Shown piece after piece: positions 39,089 to 48,125 of a stretch of DNA of 64,000 nucleotides. The translations under genes were made by a program, and so were the position numbers. The notes below the pieces were generated by a model. That model did not search any database. It saw nothing but the letters and a program-made list of their open reading frames with translations, and had not been told where the DNA came from. The stretch lies in NCBI GenBank assembly GCA_040392345.1, contig JBEBWI010000001.1:19181-83180 (forward strand). The letters are read 5' to 3'. Every line of letters begins with the position of its first letter. Positions within the stretch are counted from its first letter, which is position 1. The DNA is from Leucobacter soli (GTDB taxonomy: Bacteria; Actinomycetota; Actinomycetes; Actinomycetales; Microbacteriaceae).

Positions 39089-40026
39089 GACTGCCTCGCT
39101 TTCGGGTTCAGTAGGCCGTAGGCGACATCGACGAGGAGGTTGACGATCACCACTCCGATGCAGAAGTAGAGGGTGACGCCGAGCAGCACCGGAATGTCGT
39201 GCCGCTCCGTCGACCCGACGGCGAGCCCACCGAGACCGGGCATCGCGAACACCGTCTCCACGAGCACCGTGCCGCCGAGCACCCCGATGAAGAAGATGCC
39301 GATCGCGGTGACCACCGGAATGGCGGCGTTCCGCAGCGCGTGGCGGTAGATGATCCGCGACTCCGACCAGCCCTCCGACCGGAGCACATCGATGAAGTCC
39401 CGCGTCAGCACATCGGCCATCGCATCGCGCGTGTTCTTCGCGATCATGGTGATGCCGCCGACCGCCAGAGTGATCACCGGAAGGGCGATGCTCAACAACC
39501 ATCGACTCGGCGAATCCGCGAATGCGACGTAGCCCGTGGCGGGGAACCAGCTCAACCGCACAGAGAACAGCGCGACGAGCACCAGTCCCAGCCAGTAGTT
39601 CGGGATCGCGAAGCCGAGCATCGAGAGCGCGTCGGTGAAGCGGCCGAGCGCACCCCCGCGCACCGCCGAGTAGGTGCCGAGCGCGATGCCGAGCACCGAG
39701 CTCACCAGCGTGGCGCCCACCACCAATGAGAGGGTTACGGGCAGCCGCGAGTTCAACTGCGCCAGCACCGGCGTCTTACTGCTCATCGAGGTGCCGAGAT
39801 CGCCGCTCAGTGCCGCGGTCAGCCAGTTCCAGTACTGCACGTACCAGGGCTGGTCGAGGCCGAGGGAGAGTCGCACCGCCTCGAGTTGAGCTTCGGTCGC
39901 CTGCGGGCCGAGGATGGAGCGGGCCGGATCGCCGGGCGTGAGCCCGAGCAGCACGAAGGCCAGCAGCGAAACGATGACGAGCAGCGGCACCGCCCACAAC
40001 AGGCGACGGATGACGAGCGTCAGCAT
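39085..40026 (-). CDS. DppB-type permease (module 2)
   Basis: PGDPA, LGLDQP, HALRNA. Confidence 0.92.
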   Translation of the reverse strand: MLTLVIRRLLWAVPLLVIVSLLAFVLLGLTPGDPARSILGPQATEAQLEAVRLSLGLDQPWYVQYWNWLTAALSGDLGTSMSSKTPVLAQLNSRLPVTLSLVVGATLVSSVLGIALGTYSAVRGGALGRFTDALSMLGFAIPNYWLGLVLVALFSVRLSWFPATGYVAFADSPSRWLLSIALPVITLAVGGITMIAKNTRDAMADVLTRDFIDVLRSEGWSESRIIYRHALRNAAIPVVTAIGIFFIGVLGGTVLVETVFAMPGLGGLAVGSTERHDIPVLLGVTLYFCIGVVIVNLLVDVAYGLLNPKARQS

Positions 40027-40402
40027 CGCGAATCCGGCGAGGGATCTGGATGGAGCATCTGAACGATTCCTTTCGCAGCGGCACCATCGCCGCAGTGCCC
40101 ACAAGCTACCAAGGAAGCGAACGGGCGAGACATTCACGCAGGGCATACCTGCATCTGCACGCATGAATACGGAGGCGTGATCCACGGTGCCGCGAAGTCG
40201 CGGCCGCGATCCGTCGCTCGACGGGCATGCGACAGGCATGAAGGCGCGCAATAGCACGTATGAGATCCAGTGCTTAGTCGATAGCGAACGGAGAAATCTA
40301 GGCTGAACCCGCCAGAGCTCGCAAGAGCCCCGGCGCGCACCGTCGGCGGTTCCTCGCACCGGTGCGCACGGCTGCACACGGATACAGACAAGGAAGTCTC
40401 AT

Positions 40403-42010
40403 ATGTTTGATGCACGAACATCGCCCGGCCGTCGCCCGGGAATCCGGCCTCGATTCGCGCGCTCGCTCGCGGCCATCGCCGCCGCAACACTCGCGCTCTC
40501 GGTTGCCGCTTGCTCCGCCGGCGACGGCGGCTCGGCGAACGACGAGGCTTCCACCACCTTCACCATCGGGCAGCGGCAACCGCTCTCCAGCCTCGATCCG
40601 GTCACCGGCAACCCGCCCACGTACTCGTTCCCCGCCTACGAGCCGCTGATCTACCAGCAACCCGACGGCGAACTCATTCCCGCGCTGGCCACGGAGTGGG
40701 GCTATACCGATGAGACCAACACGTCGTTCGAGGTCACACTGCGCGACGGCGTCAAGTTCAGCGACGGCGACACCCTCGACGCCACGGCGGTGAAGGGCTC
40801 GCTCGACTACTTCCTCTCGCTGGAGGAGAACCCGAATCGCGTGTACGCGGGGCCCGTGGAGAGCGTCGAGATCGTCGACGACCTCACGATTCGCCTCACC
40901 TACTCGGAGCCCTTCCCCGTCGCCGCGCAATCGCTCTCGCAGGACTGGCGATTCGGCATGGTGGTCTCCCCCACCGGCCTCGCCGACCCCTCGGCGCTCG
41001 CCCAGGAGACGCACGGCGCCGGCCAGTACGTGCTCGACCCGTCGAAGACGATCGACGGCAGCGAGTACACGTTCACTGCCAACTCGAACTACTGGAATCA
41101 GGAGGCCGTGAAGTTCGACAGCGTCGTGCTGAAGGTGATCAGCGACCCGGCGGCGCAGCTCGCCGCGCTCGAGAACGGCGAGATCGACTATGCGAACAAC
41201 CCCACGACGCTGACGGTGGAATCCGCGCTCGAGAAGGGCTTCCAGAACGCCCCGAACTCGGGCGGGGTCTGGGTGCTCATGCTGGTCAATCGCGCGAACG
41301 AGCCGATTCAAGACGAACGCGTCAGGGAGGCGATCGGCCTCGCCCTCGATCGCGCGTCGATCAGCTCGGCCGTCTTCAACGGCCAAGCGGCGCAGCTCTC
41401 CTCGATCGCACCCACGGGGCAGCTCGGCGACTACAGCCCGGTACCGATCGAGCAGAACATCGAGCAGGCGAAGGCGCTGCTGGAAGAGGCCGGCTACGGC
41501 GACGGCGTGACGGTGAAGCTGCTCGACACCGACGGCATCGATGCGAACTTCGCGGTCGGCACCGCAGTGCAGGCCCAGCTCGCGGAGGCCGGGATCACCA
41601 TCGAGCTGATCCAGGCGACGGGTTCCTTCGACGAGTTCATCGGCCCGCTCTTCGGCATGGAGGCTGACGCCGCGGTTTGGCAGTTCAGCAACATCAACAC
41701 CTACTACCAGTTCCTCACGAACCTGCTGCCGGCCGGCACCCTTGCGAACCCCGGCGGCGAGACCGACGCCGAACTCGACGCGCTCTTCGCGGAGGCCGGA
41801 AGCGCAGTCGGCGATGACGAGCTGGACACTGCCATGCGAGCCGTGGCTGAGCGGTACGACTCGCTGTTCTGGACCATTCCGATCTCGGCGTCGGAGGGCG
41901 GCCAGCTCTTCGCGAAGAACGTGGGCAACGTGCCGCAGGGCGCCTCGATCGTGCAGTCGCTGAACGGCTTCTCGCCAGATCCCTCCACCTCGTGGGAGTT
42001 CACGAACTGA
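40403..42010 (+). CDS. Family 5 ABC substrate-binding lipoprotein (module 2, divergent)
   Basis: VAAC lipobox; YEPL, LRDGVKFSDG. Confidence 0.92.
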   Translation: MFDARTSPGRRPGIRPRFARSLAAIAAATLALSVAACSAGDGGSANDEASTTFTIGQRQPLSSLDPVTGNPPTYSFPAYEPLIYQQPDGELIPALATEWGYTDETNTSFEVTLRDGVKFSDGDTLDATAVKGSLDYFLSLEENPNRVYAGPVESVEIVDDLTIRLTYSEPFPVAAQSLSQDWRFGMVVSPTGLADPSALAQETHGAGQYVLDPSKTIDGSEYTFTANSNYWNQEAVKFDSVVLKVISDPAAQLAALENGEIDYANNPTTLTVESALEKGFQNAPNSGGVWVLMLVNRANEPIQDERVREAIGLALDRASISSAVFNGQAAQLSSIAPTGQLGDYSPVPIEQNIEQAKALLEEAGYGDGVTVKLLDTDGIDANFAVGTAVQAQLAEAGITIELIQATGSFDEFIGPLFGMEADAAVWQFSNINTYYQFLTNLLPAGTLANPGGETDAELDALFAEAGSAVGDDELDTAMRAVAERYDSLFWTIPISASEGGQLFAKNVGNVPQGASIVQSLNGFSPDPSTSWEFTN

Positions 42011-42025
42011 TTCGCGGCCCCCGCA

Positions 42026-42072
42026 ACGGCGATGGCCCGGCGCACTCCTCGGAGGCGCCGGGCCATCGCCGT
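42026..42072. terminator. 18-bp perfect inverted repeat between convergent genes
   Basis: ACGGCGATGGCCCGGCGC ... GCGCCGGGCCATCGCCGT. Confidence 0.75.
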
Positions 42073-42097
42073 CGGGCCGTGCCCGTGATTCCGATGC

Positions 42098-42832
42098 TCA
42101 GATGCGGCCCTCGCCGCCGTCGACGAGCAACGTCTGACCGGTCATGAAGCCGATGTCGTCCGAGACCGCGAACGAGACCACCGCCGCGATGTCATCCGGC
42201 AGGCCCGTTCGGGGGATCGCCTGGCGCGAGCGCACGGCGGCGAAATGCGCCTCGGGCACGTCCACCAGCGCGTGCTCGGTAGCGGTCAGCCCCGGAGCCA
42301 CCGCGTTGACGGTGATGCCCAGCGGGCCGAGCTCCGTGGCGAGCGCCCGCACCATGCCGGTCAGCGCACCCTTGCTCGCGACATAGTGAGTCATCTGCGG
42401 CGGCGGCGTGAACTGACTCGATGAGGTGATCATCACGATGCGCCCCCACCCCGCCGCGCGCAGGTCTGGCAGTGCCGCCTGCACGAGGTGGAACGCCCCG
42501 TCGACATTGATGCGGAACGTGCGCTGCCACTCGAGCGCGTCGAGCTGCTCGAACGGCGCGATCACCTGGTAGGCGGCGCAGTGCACCACGACCAGCGCCT
42601 GGCCGAGTTCGTCACGCACCCGGTCGACGGCGCCCGCCACCGCGGCAGGGTCGCCGAGGTCGCAGGGCACGTCGGCGATTCCGGCCCGCGGCCGCTCGGG
42701 CTGCAGAATGTCGAGGCTCGCCACCCGCATCCCGTCGGCGACCAGGCGTTCGGCGATGGCCGCGCCGATGCCGCGGGCGCCGCCCGTCACGATGGCGACG
42801 CGGGGCGCGCGCTCTCGATCTACCTCGTTCAT
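42098..42832 (-). CDS. SDR oxidoreductase
   Basis: TGGARGIG, YVASK. Confidence 0.92.
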   Translation of the reverse strand: MNEVDRERAPRVAIVTGGARGIGAAIAERLVADGMRVASLDILQPERPRAGIADVPCDLGDPAAVAGAVDRVRDELGQALVVVHCAAYQVIAPFEQLDALEWQRTFRINVDGAFHLVQAALPDLRAAGWGRIVMITSSSQFTPPPQMTHYVASKGALTGMVRALATELGPLGITVNAVAPGLTATEHALVDVPEAHFAAVRSRQAIPRTGLPDDIAAVVSFAVSDDIGFMTGQTLLVDGGEGRI

Positions 42833-42899
42833 TTGCCCTCTCCTTCGAGTACTGGGAATCTGCGGTGCACGGGTCGGCCGTTCGGGCCGGCCGCCGCGC

Positions 42900-43919
42900 T
42901 CACTCGGGGTTTCGGCCGACGAAGAAGTCGGCGAAGGAATCCATGCTCGGTGCGAAGCCCGAGGCGATGAGCCCCTGGCGCAGCTGGTTCATCTGCGGGT
43001 CGTGGATGCGCTGGGTCGGCAGGCGAAGCGGGCCGCCGTTGTAGCCGCGCAGCCAGCCCTGAAACTTCCACAGCTGCCGGTTGATGAAGTTGCCGCCGTT
43101 GAGCTGCTGCGACACCGCGCTCTTCGCTTTGCGCGCCGGGTGCATCTTCCAGTACAGCTCGGTCACCTCGTCGAACTTCTCTTCGCGCAAGAGCCGCATC
43201 GCCTCGGGAATCGTGGGGCCCCAGAACTCGTGATCGCTGGTCGCCGAGAACTGAATCGGCATCAGCTGCCCGAGCGGCAGCAGCTCACCCTCGATGGGGC
43301 ACGAGATGACGACCTCGTCGCCGAACAGCCGGTACGCCTCGATGATGCCCATGATGCTCGGGAACCCGCCCTCGGCCTTGATGACTGCGATGTTCGGCAC
43401 GTCGTCGAGCAGGCGGCGAATCAGCCGGGCCGGGATATCGGACGGGTGAATGCGGTTGCTGAAGCCCCACAGGAACATCGGGAACAGGATCACGGCGAGG
43501 TTCGTGGCGTCGCACACCGCCTTCGTGTAATCGTAGATCTCCTGCTCCGACTGCGGGTAGAAGTTCGGCGGGTACGAGAGCAGCACGAGCTCGGCACCGG
43601 CCGCCTCCGCGCCCTTCACCGCCTCGATGTTCTGCTCGAGATCGCTCCAGCTGGCGTGGTGCACGATGACGAGGTCGTCCCCGGCCTCGTCCTTCATGAT
43701 CTCGAGGAACCGCAAGTACTCGGGCAGGGTGATGCTCACCTCCGAGACACCCAGGCTGCCCACGAAACCGTGCTGCTTTGCGAGGCGCACGTCGTGGCGG
43801 ATGCCGAGTTCGCTGAGCGATCTCAGGTCGCTCGTGAACGAGGGAATGGTGCAGTTCACCGCTCCGACGAGCCGTTCGCGCGCCCAGTCGCGGGCTTCGG
43901 ATCTCGTGTAGCCGGCCAT
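42900..43919 (-). CDS. DHDPS/NAL-family hydratase-aldolase (PhdG-like)
   Basis: EARDWARERL N-terminus, IAVIKAEGG Schiff-base Lys, GYNGGPLR; resembles recalled PAH-pathway PhdG-type proteins. Confidence 0.75.
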   Translation of the reverse strand: MAGYTRSEARDWARERLVGAVNCTIPSFTSDLRSLSELGIRHDVRLAKQHGFVGSLGVSEVSITLPEYLRFLEIMKDEAGDDLVIVHHASWSDLEQNIEAVKGAEAAGAELVLLSYPPNFYPQSEQEIYDYTKAVCDATNLAVILFPMFLWGFSNRIHPSDIPARLIRRLLDDVPNIAVIKAEGGFPSIMGIIEAYRLFGDEVVISCPIEGELLPLGQLMPIQFSATSDHEFWGPTIPEAMRLLREEKFDEVTELYWKMHPARKAKSAVSQQLNGGNFINRQLWKFQGWLRGYNGGPLRLPTQRIHDPQMNQLRQGLIASGFAPSMDSFADFFVGRNPE

Positions 43920-44014
43920 GGTTGTCTCTTTTCTCTTCGGTTCTCTTACGTTCCTGCGTGCGACCGATGCGATTCGCCCGGTGGATCACCGAGCTGCGGC
44001 CCGCAGCGCAGCCG

Positions 44015-45022
44015 TCATTTTCGGATGGTGAGGATGCCGACCGGGAGCGGGGTGCCGACGCCGCGCTCCACCGCAAGGTCGTAGAGCAGCTCGGCGATCA
44101 CGATGTCCTGAAAGCCGCTGCCGGTGGACTTGTATACGGCGATGCCATGATCAGGGCGCGAGACGCGGCCGCCGAGCAGATCGTGCAGCGGCACGGTGAT
44201 GGCATCGATGTCGACGCCCGCCTCGCGCGCGGCGATCATGTCGCCGCTGTCGTGCAGCACCTCGGCGGGCGCGTCGGCGACGACGATCGCGGCACGCCCG
44301 ATGATCGCCGGGTCGAGCTCGCGCTGCGACCTGGTGGTCGAACCGACCGAGACGATGGTCGCGTCGTCGGCGACCCATTCCGACCGCACGGTCGGCGATT
44401 CGTCTCGCGAGCGCGCCGCGCACAGCACGAGGTTCGCCCCGCGCACCGCATCCTCCGCGCTTGCGACCGATGTGATCGTGATGCCGAGCTCCTCGGAGAG
44501 CTCCGCGGCGAAGCGCTCGCGGTTCGCCGCGGTGGGGCTCGTGACGCGCGCCTCGGCGATATCCGCCACCCGCGCGGCGGCACGCAGTTGCGCTCTCGCT
44601 TCGAAGCCCGAGCCGACCACGGCCGCCGTCGCCGGCCGCGCGGGAAGCAGGGCGGTGAGCGCCGCAGCGGCCGTCGCCGCGGTGCGAATGCCGGTGATGC
44701 GATTGCCGTCGATGAGGGCGGCGAGCCGCGAATCCCGCTGGTCGAAGAGAGTGATGAGATAGCTCGCGAGACCGTTGCGCATCGACGCGGCGATCGTCTT
44801 CGAACCGGCGAATCTGGCGCCCGGGGGCGCAGACGGCATCACCCGCTGCCATCCGGCGGCGGTCACCGCGACCGCGCGCTCGGGGGTCGCACCGATGTCG
44901 TCGGGCCTGCGGTACGCCTCGCGCAGCGCTTCGATCGCGCTCTCCCAGTCGGCCAGCAACTCGACGTCGGCGTCCGTCAGGAACAACGTCGGCGGCTCCG
45001 CGTTGAACGCGTCTTCACTCAT
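44015..45022 (-). CDS. Ornithine cyclodeaminase/mu-crystallin family protein
   Basis: ITGIRTAA, GSGFEA, YKSTGSGFQD. Confidence 0.9.
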   Translation of the reverse strand: MSEDAFNAEPPTLFLTDADVELLADWESAIEALREAYRRPDDIGATPERAVAVTAAGWQRVMPSAPPGARFAGSKTIAASMRNGLASYLITLFDQRDSRLAALIDGNRITGIRTAATAAAALTALLPARPATAAVVGSGFEARAQLRAAARVADIAEARVTSPTAANRERFAAELSEELGITITSVASAEDAVRGANLVLCAARSRDESPTVRSEWVADDATIVSVGSTTRSQRELDPAIIGRAAIVVADAPAEVLHDSGDMIAAREAGVDIDAITVPLHDLLGGRVSRPDHGIAVYKSTGSGFQDIVIAELLYDLAVERGVGTPLPVGILTIRK

Positions 45023-45759
45023 CGTGTCGTCTCCATCCCCAGCTCGCGGAGCACGTCCGCGAGGATCCCGCCTTCGGGCACGAGCGCTTCGCCGCGGATC
45101 GCGAAGAAGGACTCGAGCAGGTGGCGCCGGGTCGCGTCGCATGCGGCCCGCGCGTCGCGCCGCTCCGCGGCGGCGAGTATCTCGGCGTGGAACGCGTGCG
45201 CCGTCGGCTTCTTCATGTCGACGCGCAGGCGAATCAGATCCGCCTCGTCCTGCAGCACCCCGATGAGCCTGACCAGGCTCGGCGAATCCGCGGCGGCGTA
45301 GACGACGCCGTGGAACTCGCGGTTGATGCGGTTGAAGCGATCCGACGCATCCGCGCGGTCGCCGGTGTCTTCGCTCGCGCTCCGAGTCGCGCTCTGCCGC
45401 GAGGGCCCTTCGAGGGCCGCGTGGAGCTCGCGCATGCGAGCGAGATCCACGTCGGAGAGCCGCGGCACCCCGAGCGCGGTCGCGCGGCCTTCGAGGTCGA
45501 TGCGCAGCGCGGTGACCTCTTCGAGCCGGTTCGGGTCGATGCCCGTGACCACCGTGCCGCGATAGGGCTGACGGCGCACCATGCCGAGACCCTCGAGCTG
45601 CAGAATCGCCTCGCGCACCGGGGTCTGGCTCACGCCGAGCTCTGCAGCGATCTCGTTGATGTCGATGCGCGCGCCGGGCGCGAGCGCACCGCGGACGATG
45701 CGATCGCGCAGCTCGCGCACGACGGCGTCGGTCATTCTTCGGGGTTGCAGAAGTGCCAT
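45019..45759 (-). CDS. GntR/FadR-family (FCD) regulator
   Basis: LAPGARI, LGVSQTPVREAI, NREFH. Confidence 0.9.
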   Translation of the reverse strand: MALLQPRRMTDAVVRELRDRIVRGALAPGARIDINEIAAELGVSQTPVREAILQLEGLGMVRRQPYRGTVVTGIDPNRLEEVTALRIDLEGRATALGVPRLSDVDLARMRELHAALEGPSRQSATRSASEDTGDRADASDRFNRINREFHGVVYAAADSPSLVRLIGVLQDEADLIRLRVDMKKPTAHAFHAEILAAAERRDARAACDATRRHLLESFFAIRGEALVPEGGILADVLRELGMETTR

Positions 45760-45770
45760 GCCCCAAGGAT

Positions 45771-45791
45771 TATCGAATATCGAATATCGAA
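45771..45791. promoter_or_regulatory. (TATCGAA)3 tandem repeat, candidate GntR operator
   Basis: Three exact heptamers in the gntR/gabD divergent spacer. Confidence 0.6.
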
Positions 45792-45897
45792 CCAGCGGTG
45801 CGGGGCCATGCCAGTCATCGCGATTCGCGATGGAAGAACGGCCCGCATCGTCGTACGCTCGCGGAGACGCACTGTATTCCGAAGAAGGAGCGCACCC

Positions 45898-47274
45898 ATG
45901 GCCATCGCGACGATCAACCCCTTCACGGGGCAGACCGAACAGACCTTCGAGGCCCACAGCGAGGAGGAGGTCGAACGCCGCATCGCCGGAGCGCAGAGCG
46001 CCTACGAGGCGTTGCGATCCACCACCTTCGCGCAGCGGGCGATATGGATGCGAGCCGCAGCAGACCTGCTCGAAGAGGACGTCGAGGAACTCGCCCGACT
46101 CATCACCCTCGAGATGGGGCGCCCGATCACCGGCGCGCGCGCCGAGGTGTTCAAGGCCGCGAAGGGCCTGCGTTTCTACGCGGATCACGCCGCAGAATTT
46201 CTCGCACCGGAGCCGCTCGCGGATCCCACCGCGGTGGGGGCGAGTGCCGCGGGCACCCGCTACGCACCCATCGGTGTCGTACTCGCCGTCATGCCGTGGA
46301 ACTACCCGCTGTGGCAGGTGCTGCGCTTCGCCGGGCCCGCGCTCATGGCCGGCAACACCGGGCTGCTCAAGCATGCGTCGAACGTGCCGCAGTCGGCCCT
46401 GTACCTCGACACCCTGTTCGAGCGGGCCGGCTTCCCGACCGGCGCCTTCCATACGCTGCTCATCCCCGCGGCGCGGGTCGAGCGCGTGCTGCGCGACAAC
46501 CGGGTGAAGGCCGCGACGCTCACCGGTTCCGAGCCCGCCGGGCGGTCGCTCGCGTCGATCGCCGGCTCGGAGGTGAAGCACGTGGTGCTCGAGCTCGGCG
46601 GTTCCGACCCGTTCGTCGTGCTGCCGAGCGCCGATCTCGACCGGGCCACGACCGTCGCGGTCACCGCGCGCAACCAGAACAACGGCCAGTCGTGCATCGC
46701 AGCCAAGCGCTTCATCGTGCACACCGACATCTACGACGAGTTCACGCGCCTGTTCTCCGAGAAAGTCGCGGCGCTGAAGGTGGGCGACCCATTCGACGAG
46801 ACGACCGACGTGGGCCCGATCGCCACCGAGTCGGGGCGCGACGAGCTCGCCGAGCAGGTCGCCGACGCAATCGAGAAGGGTGCGAATGTGCTCGCGGGCG
46901 GATCAGCGCCTGACCGTGACGGCTGGTTCTACACCCCGACCGTACTCGAGGGCGTCACTCCCGAGATGCGTCTCTACCTCGAGGAGGCGTTCGGGCCCGT
47001 GGCGACGGTCTACCGGGCAGAGAGTCGCGAAGACGCGCTGCGCCTCGCCAACGGCACGACCTTCGGGCTGAGCTCGTCGGTGTGGACCGCCGACACCGAT
47101 GAGCAGGAGTGGTTCGTCGACCATCTCGACGCGGGCGCCGTCTTCGTCAACGGCATGACCGCCTCGCATCCCGAGCTGCCCTTCGGAGGGGTGAAGGATT
47201 CGGGCGTCGGCCGCGAGCTCGCCGCCGCGGGCATCCGCGAGTTCTGCAACCTCAAGACGGTCTGGAAGGCCTGA
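45898..47274 (+). CDS. gabD: NADP-dependent succinate-semialdehyde dehydrogenase
   Basis: MAIATINP, MPWNYP, LLKHASNVP, ELGGSDP, NNGQSCIAAKR. Confidence 0.88.
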   Translation: MAIATINPFTGQTEQTFEAHSEEEVERRIAGAQSAYEALRSTTFAQRAIWMRAAADLLEEDVEELARLITLEMGRPITGARAEVFKAAKGLRFYADHAAEFLAPEPLADPTAVGASAAGTRYAPIGVVLAVMPWNYPLWQVLRFAGPALMAGNTGLLKHASNVPQSALYLDTLFERAGFPTGAFHTLLIPAARVERVLRDNRVKAATLTGSEPAGRSLASIAGSEVKHVVLELGGSDPFVVLPSADLDRATTVAVTARNQNNGQSCIAAKRFIVHTDIYDEFTRLFSEKVAALKVGDPFDETTDVGPIATESGRDELAEQVADAIEKGANVLAGGSAPDRDGWFYTPTVLEGVTPEMRLYLEEAFGPVATVYRAESREDALRLANGTTFGLSSSVWTADTDEQEWFVDHLDAGAVFVNGMTASHPELPFGGVKDSGVGRELAAAGIREFCNLKTVWKA

Positions 47275-47276
47275 GC

Positions 47277-47307
47277 GGCCGCCCCGCGTTGAAGGGGCCG
47301 GGCGCAT
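47277..47307 (+). repeat. 31-bp direct repeat, left copy
   Basis: GGCCGCCCCGCGTTGAAGGGGCCGGGCGCAT; 29/31 identical to 60100-60130. Confidence 0.85.
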
Positions 47308-47336
47308 CCTCGTCATGGGATGCGCCCGGCCCCTTC
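47291..47336. terminator. 19-bp perfect inverted repeat after gabD
   Basis: GAAGGGGCCGGGCGCATCC ... GGATGCGCCCGGCCCCTTC, between convergent genes. Confidence 0.78.
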
Positions 47337-47352
47337 TTGCCGGTAGCAGCGA

Positions 47353-48006
47353 TCAGAAACGGTGCTCTTCGCTGAAGCTCGCGTAGGGCGCCGGAGGCGC
47401 CGGCTCGTTCACATACACACGATCCTGCGCATACATCCAGTACGTCGTCGGCGGCTTGTCGGGCAAGAACTCATCGGGCATCGGAGGCGCCCCGTGCTCC
47501 ATCGAGTTCTCGGTCCACGGCGTGCCGTACGGGGTCATGAACAGCCCATAGACGTGCAGATGCCAGATCTTCCACACCCCGTTCTCGCGAATGAAGTCCA
47601 CACCGTACTTGCACCACGCCCAGAACGCCTCGTTCGAGTCGCTGACGAACGACATCGATTCGAGGCCCGGCGAGATCCAGGTCCCTCTCGCGGTCTGCAG
47701 ATCATCGGCGACCTCGACGACCTGGGTCGTCATGAGGTGCATGTGCATCTTGCCCTTCATATCCCCGTCGGTCCAGACATGGAACCCGGGGTACAGTCGG
47801 CGCAGGCTCTCCGGCCCCTCGTACACCCCCCACATCATCTCCGCGCTCACATCATCGCGCGACATCGCGAAGAGGTCGAGGCACTCCTCATGCATGTTCG
47901 CGGTATGCCAGTACGAATACCGGCCCATCACGTTCTCGATCTCGTGGATCGCTTCGATCCTCGAGATCCGGGCCTCGAGCGAGCCCTCGAGCTGTTGGTC
48001 GGTCAT
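47353..48006 (-). CDS. NTF2/SnoaL-like protein, copy 2
   Basis: 217 aa like copy 1; identical core, different termini; RBS AAGGAAAGGG. Confidence 0.87.
   Translation of the reverse strand: MTDQQLEGSLEARISRIEAIHEIENVMGRYSYWHTANMHEECLDLFAMSRDDVSAEMMWGVYEGPESLRRLYPGFHVWTDGDMKGKMHMHLMTTQVVEVADDLQTARGTWISPGLESMSFVSDSNEAFWAWCKYGVDFIRENGVWKIWHLHVYGLFMTPYGTPWTENSMEHGAPPMPDEFLPDKPPTTYWMYAQDRVYVNEPAPPAPYASFSEEHRF
47374..47930. repeat. 557-bp direct repeat, copy 2
   Basis: Offset 11,721 bp from copy 1. Confidence 0.92.
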
Positions 48007-48125
48007 TGCGTCCCTTTCCTTAGTTGTTGTTCTCGATCCCTCGGCGGCGGTGCCGCGGATCAGTTCAATGCGGCGCAAAGTCCCCTCAAAACTCGATTCA
48101 GCGGGCATTTGCGACACATTGAATC

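Noticed and set aside
20138-46722. Very long ORF-track entries that look like fusions (20138-21835, 23531-25609, 31897-34530, 44015-45766, 45019-46722)
   Set aside because: The N-terminal extensions are Arg/Ala-rich off-frame or antisense read-through of neighbouring genes; real starts have an RBS or stop/start overlap. Only the DppC-DppD fusions are genuine.
21163-48006. Secondary-metabolite biosynthetic cluster (SnoaL, ABM, cyclase)
   Set aside because: No PKS, NRPS, terpene or RiPP core genes; importers and ring-cleavage enzymes indicate catabolism
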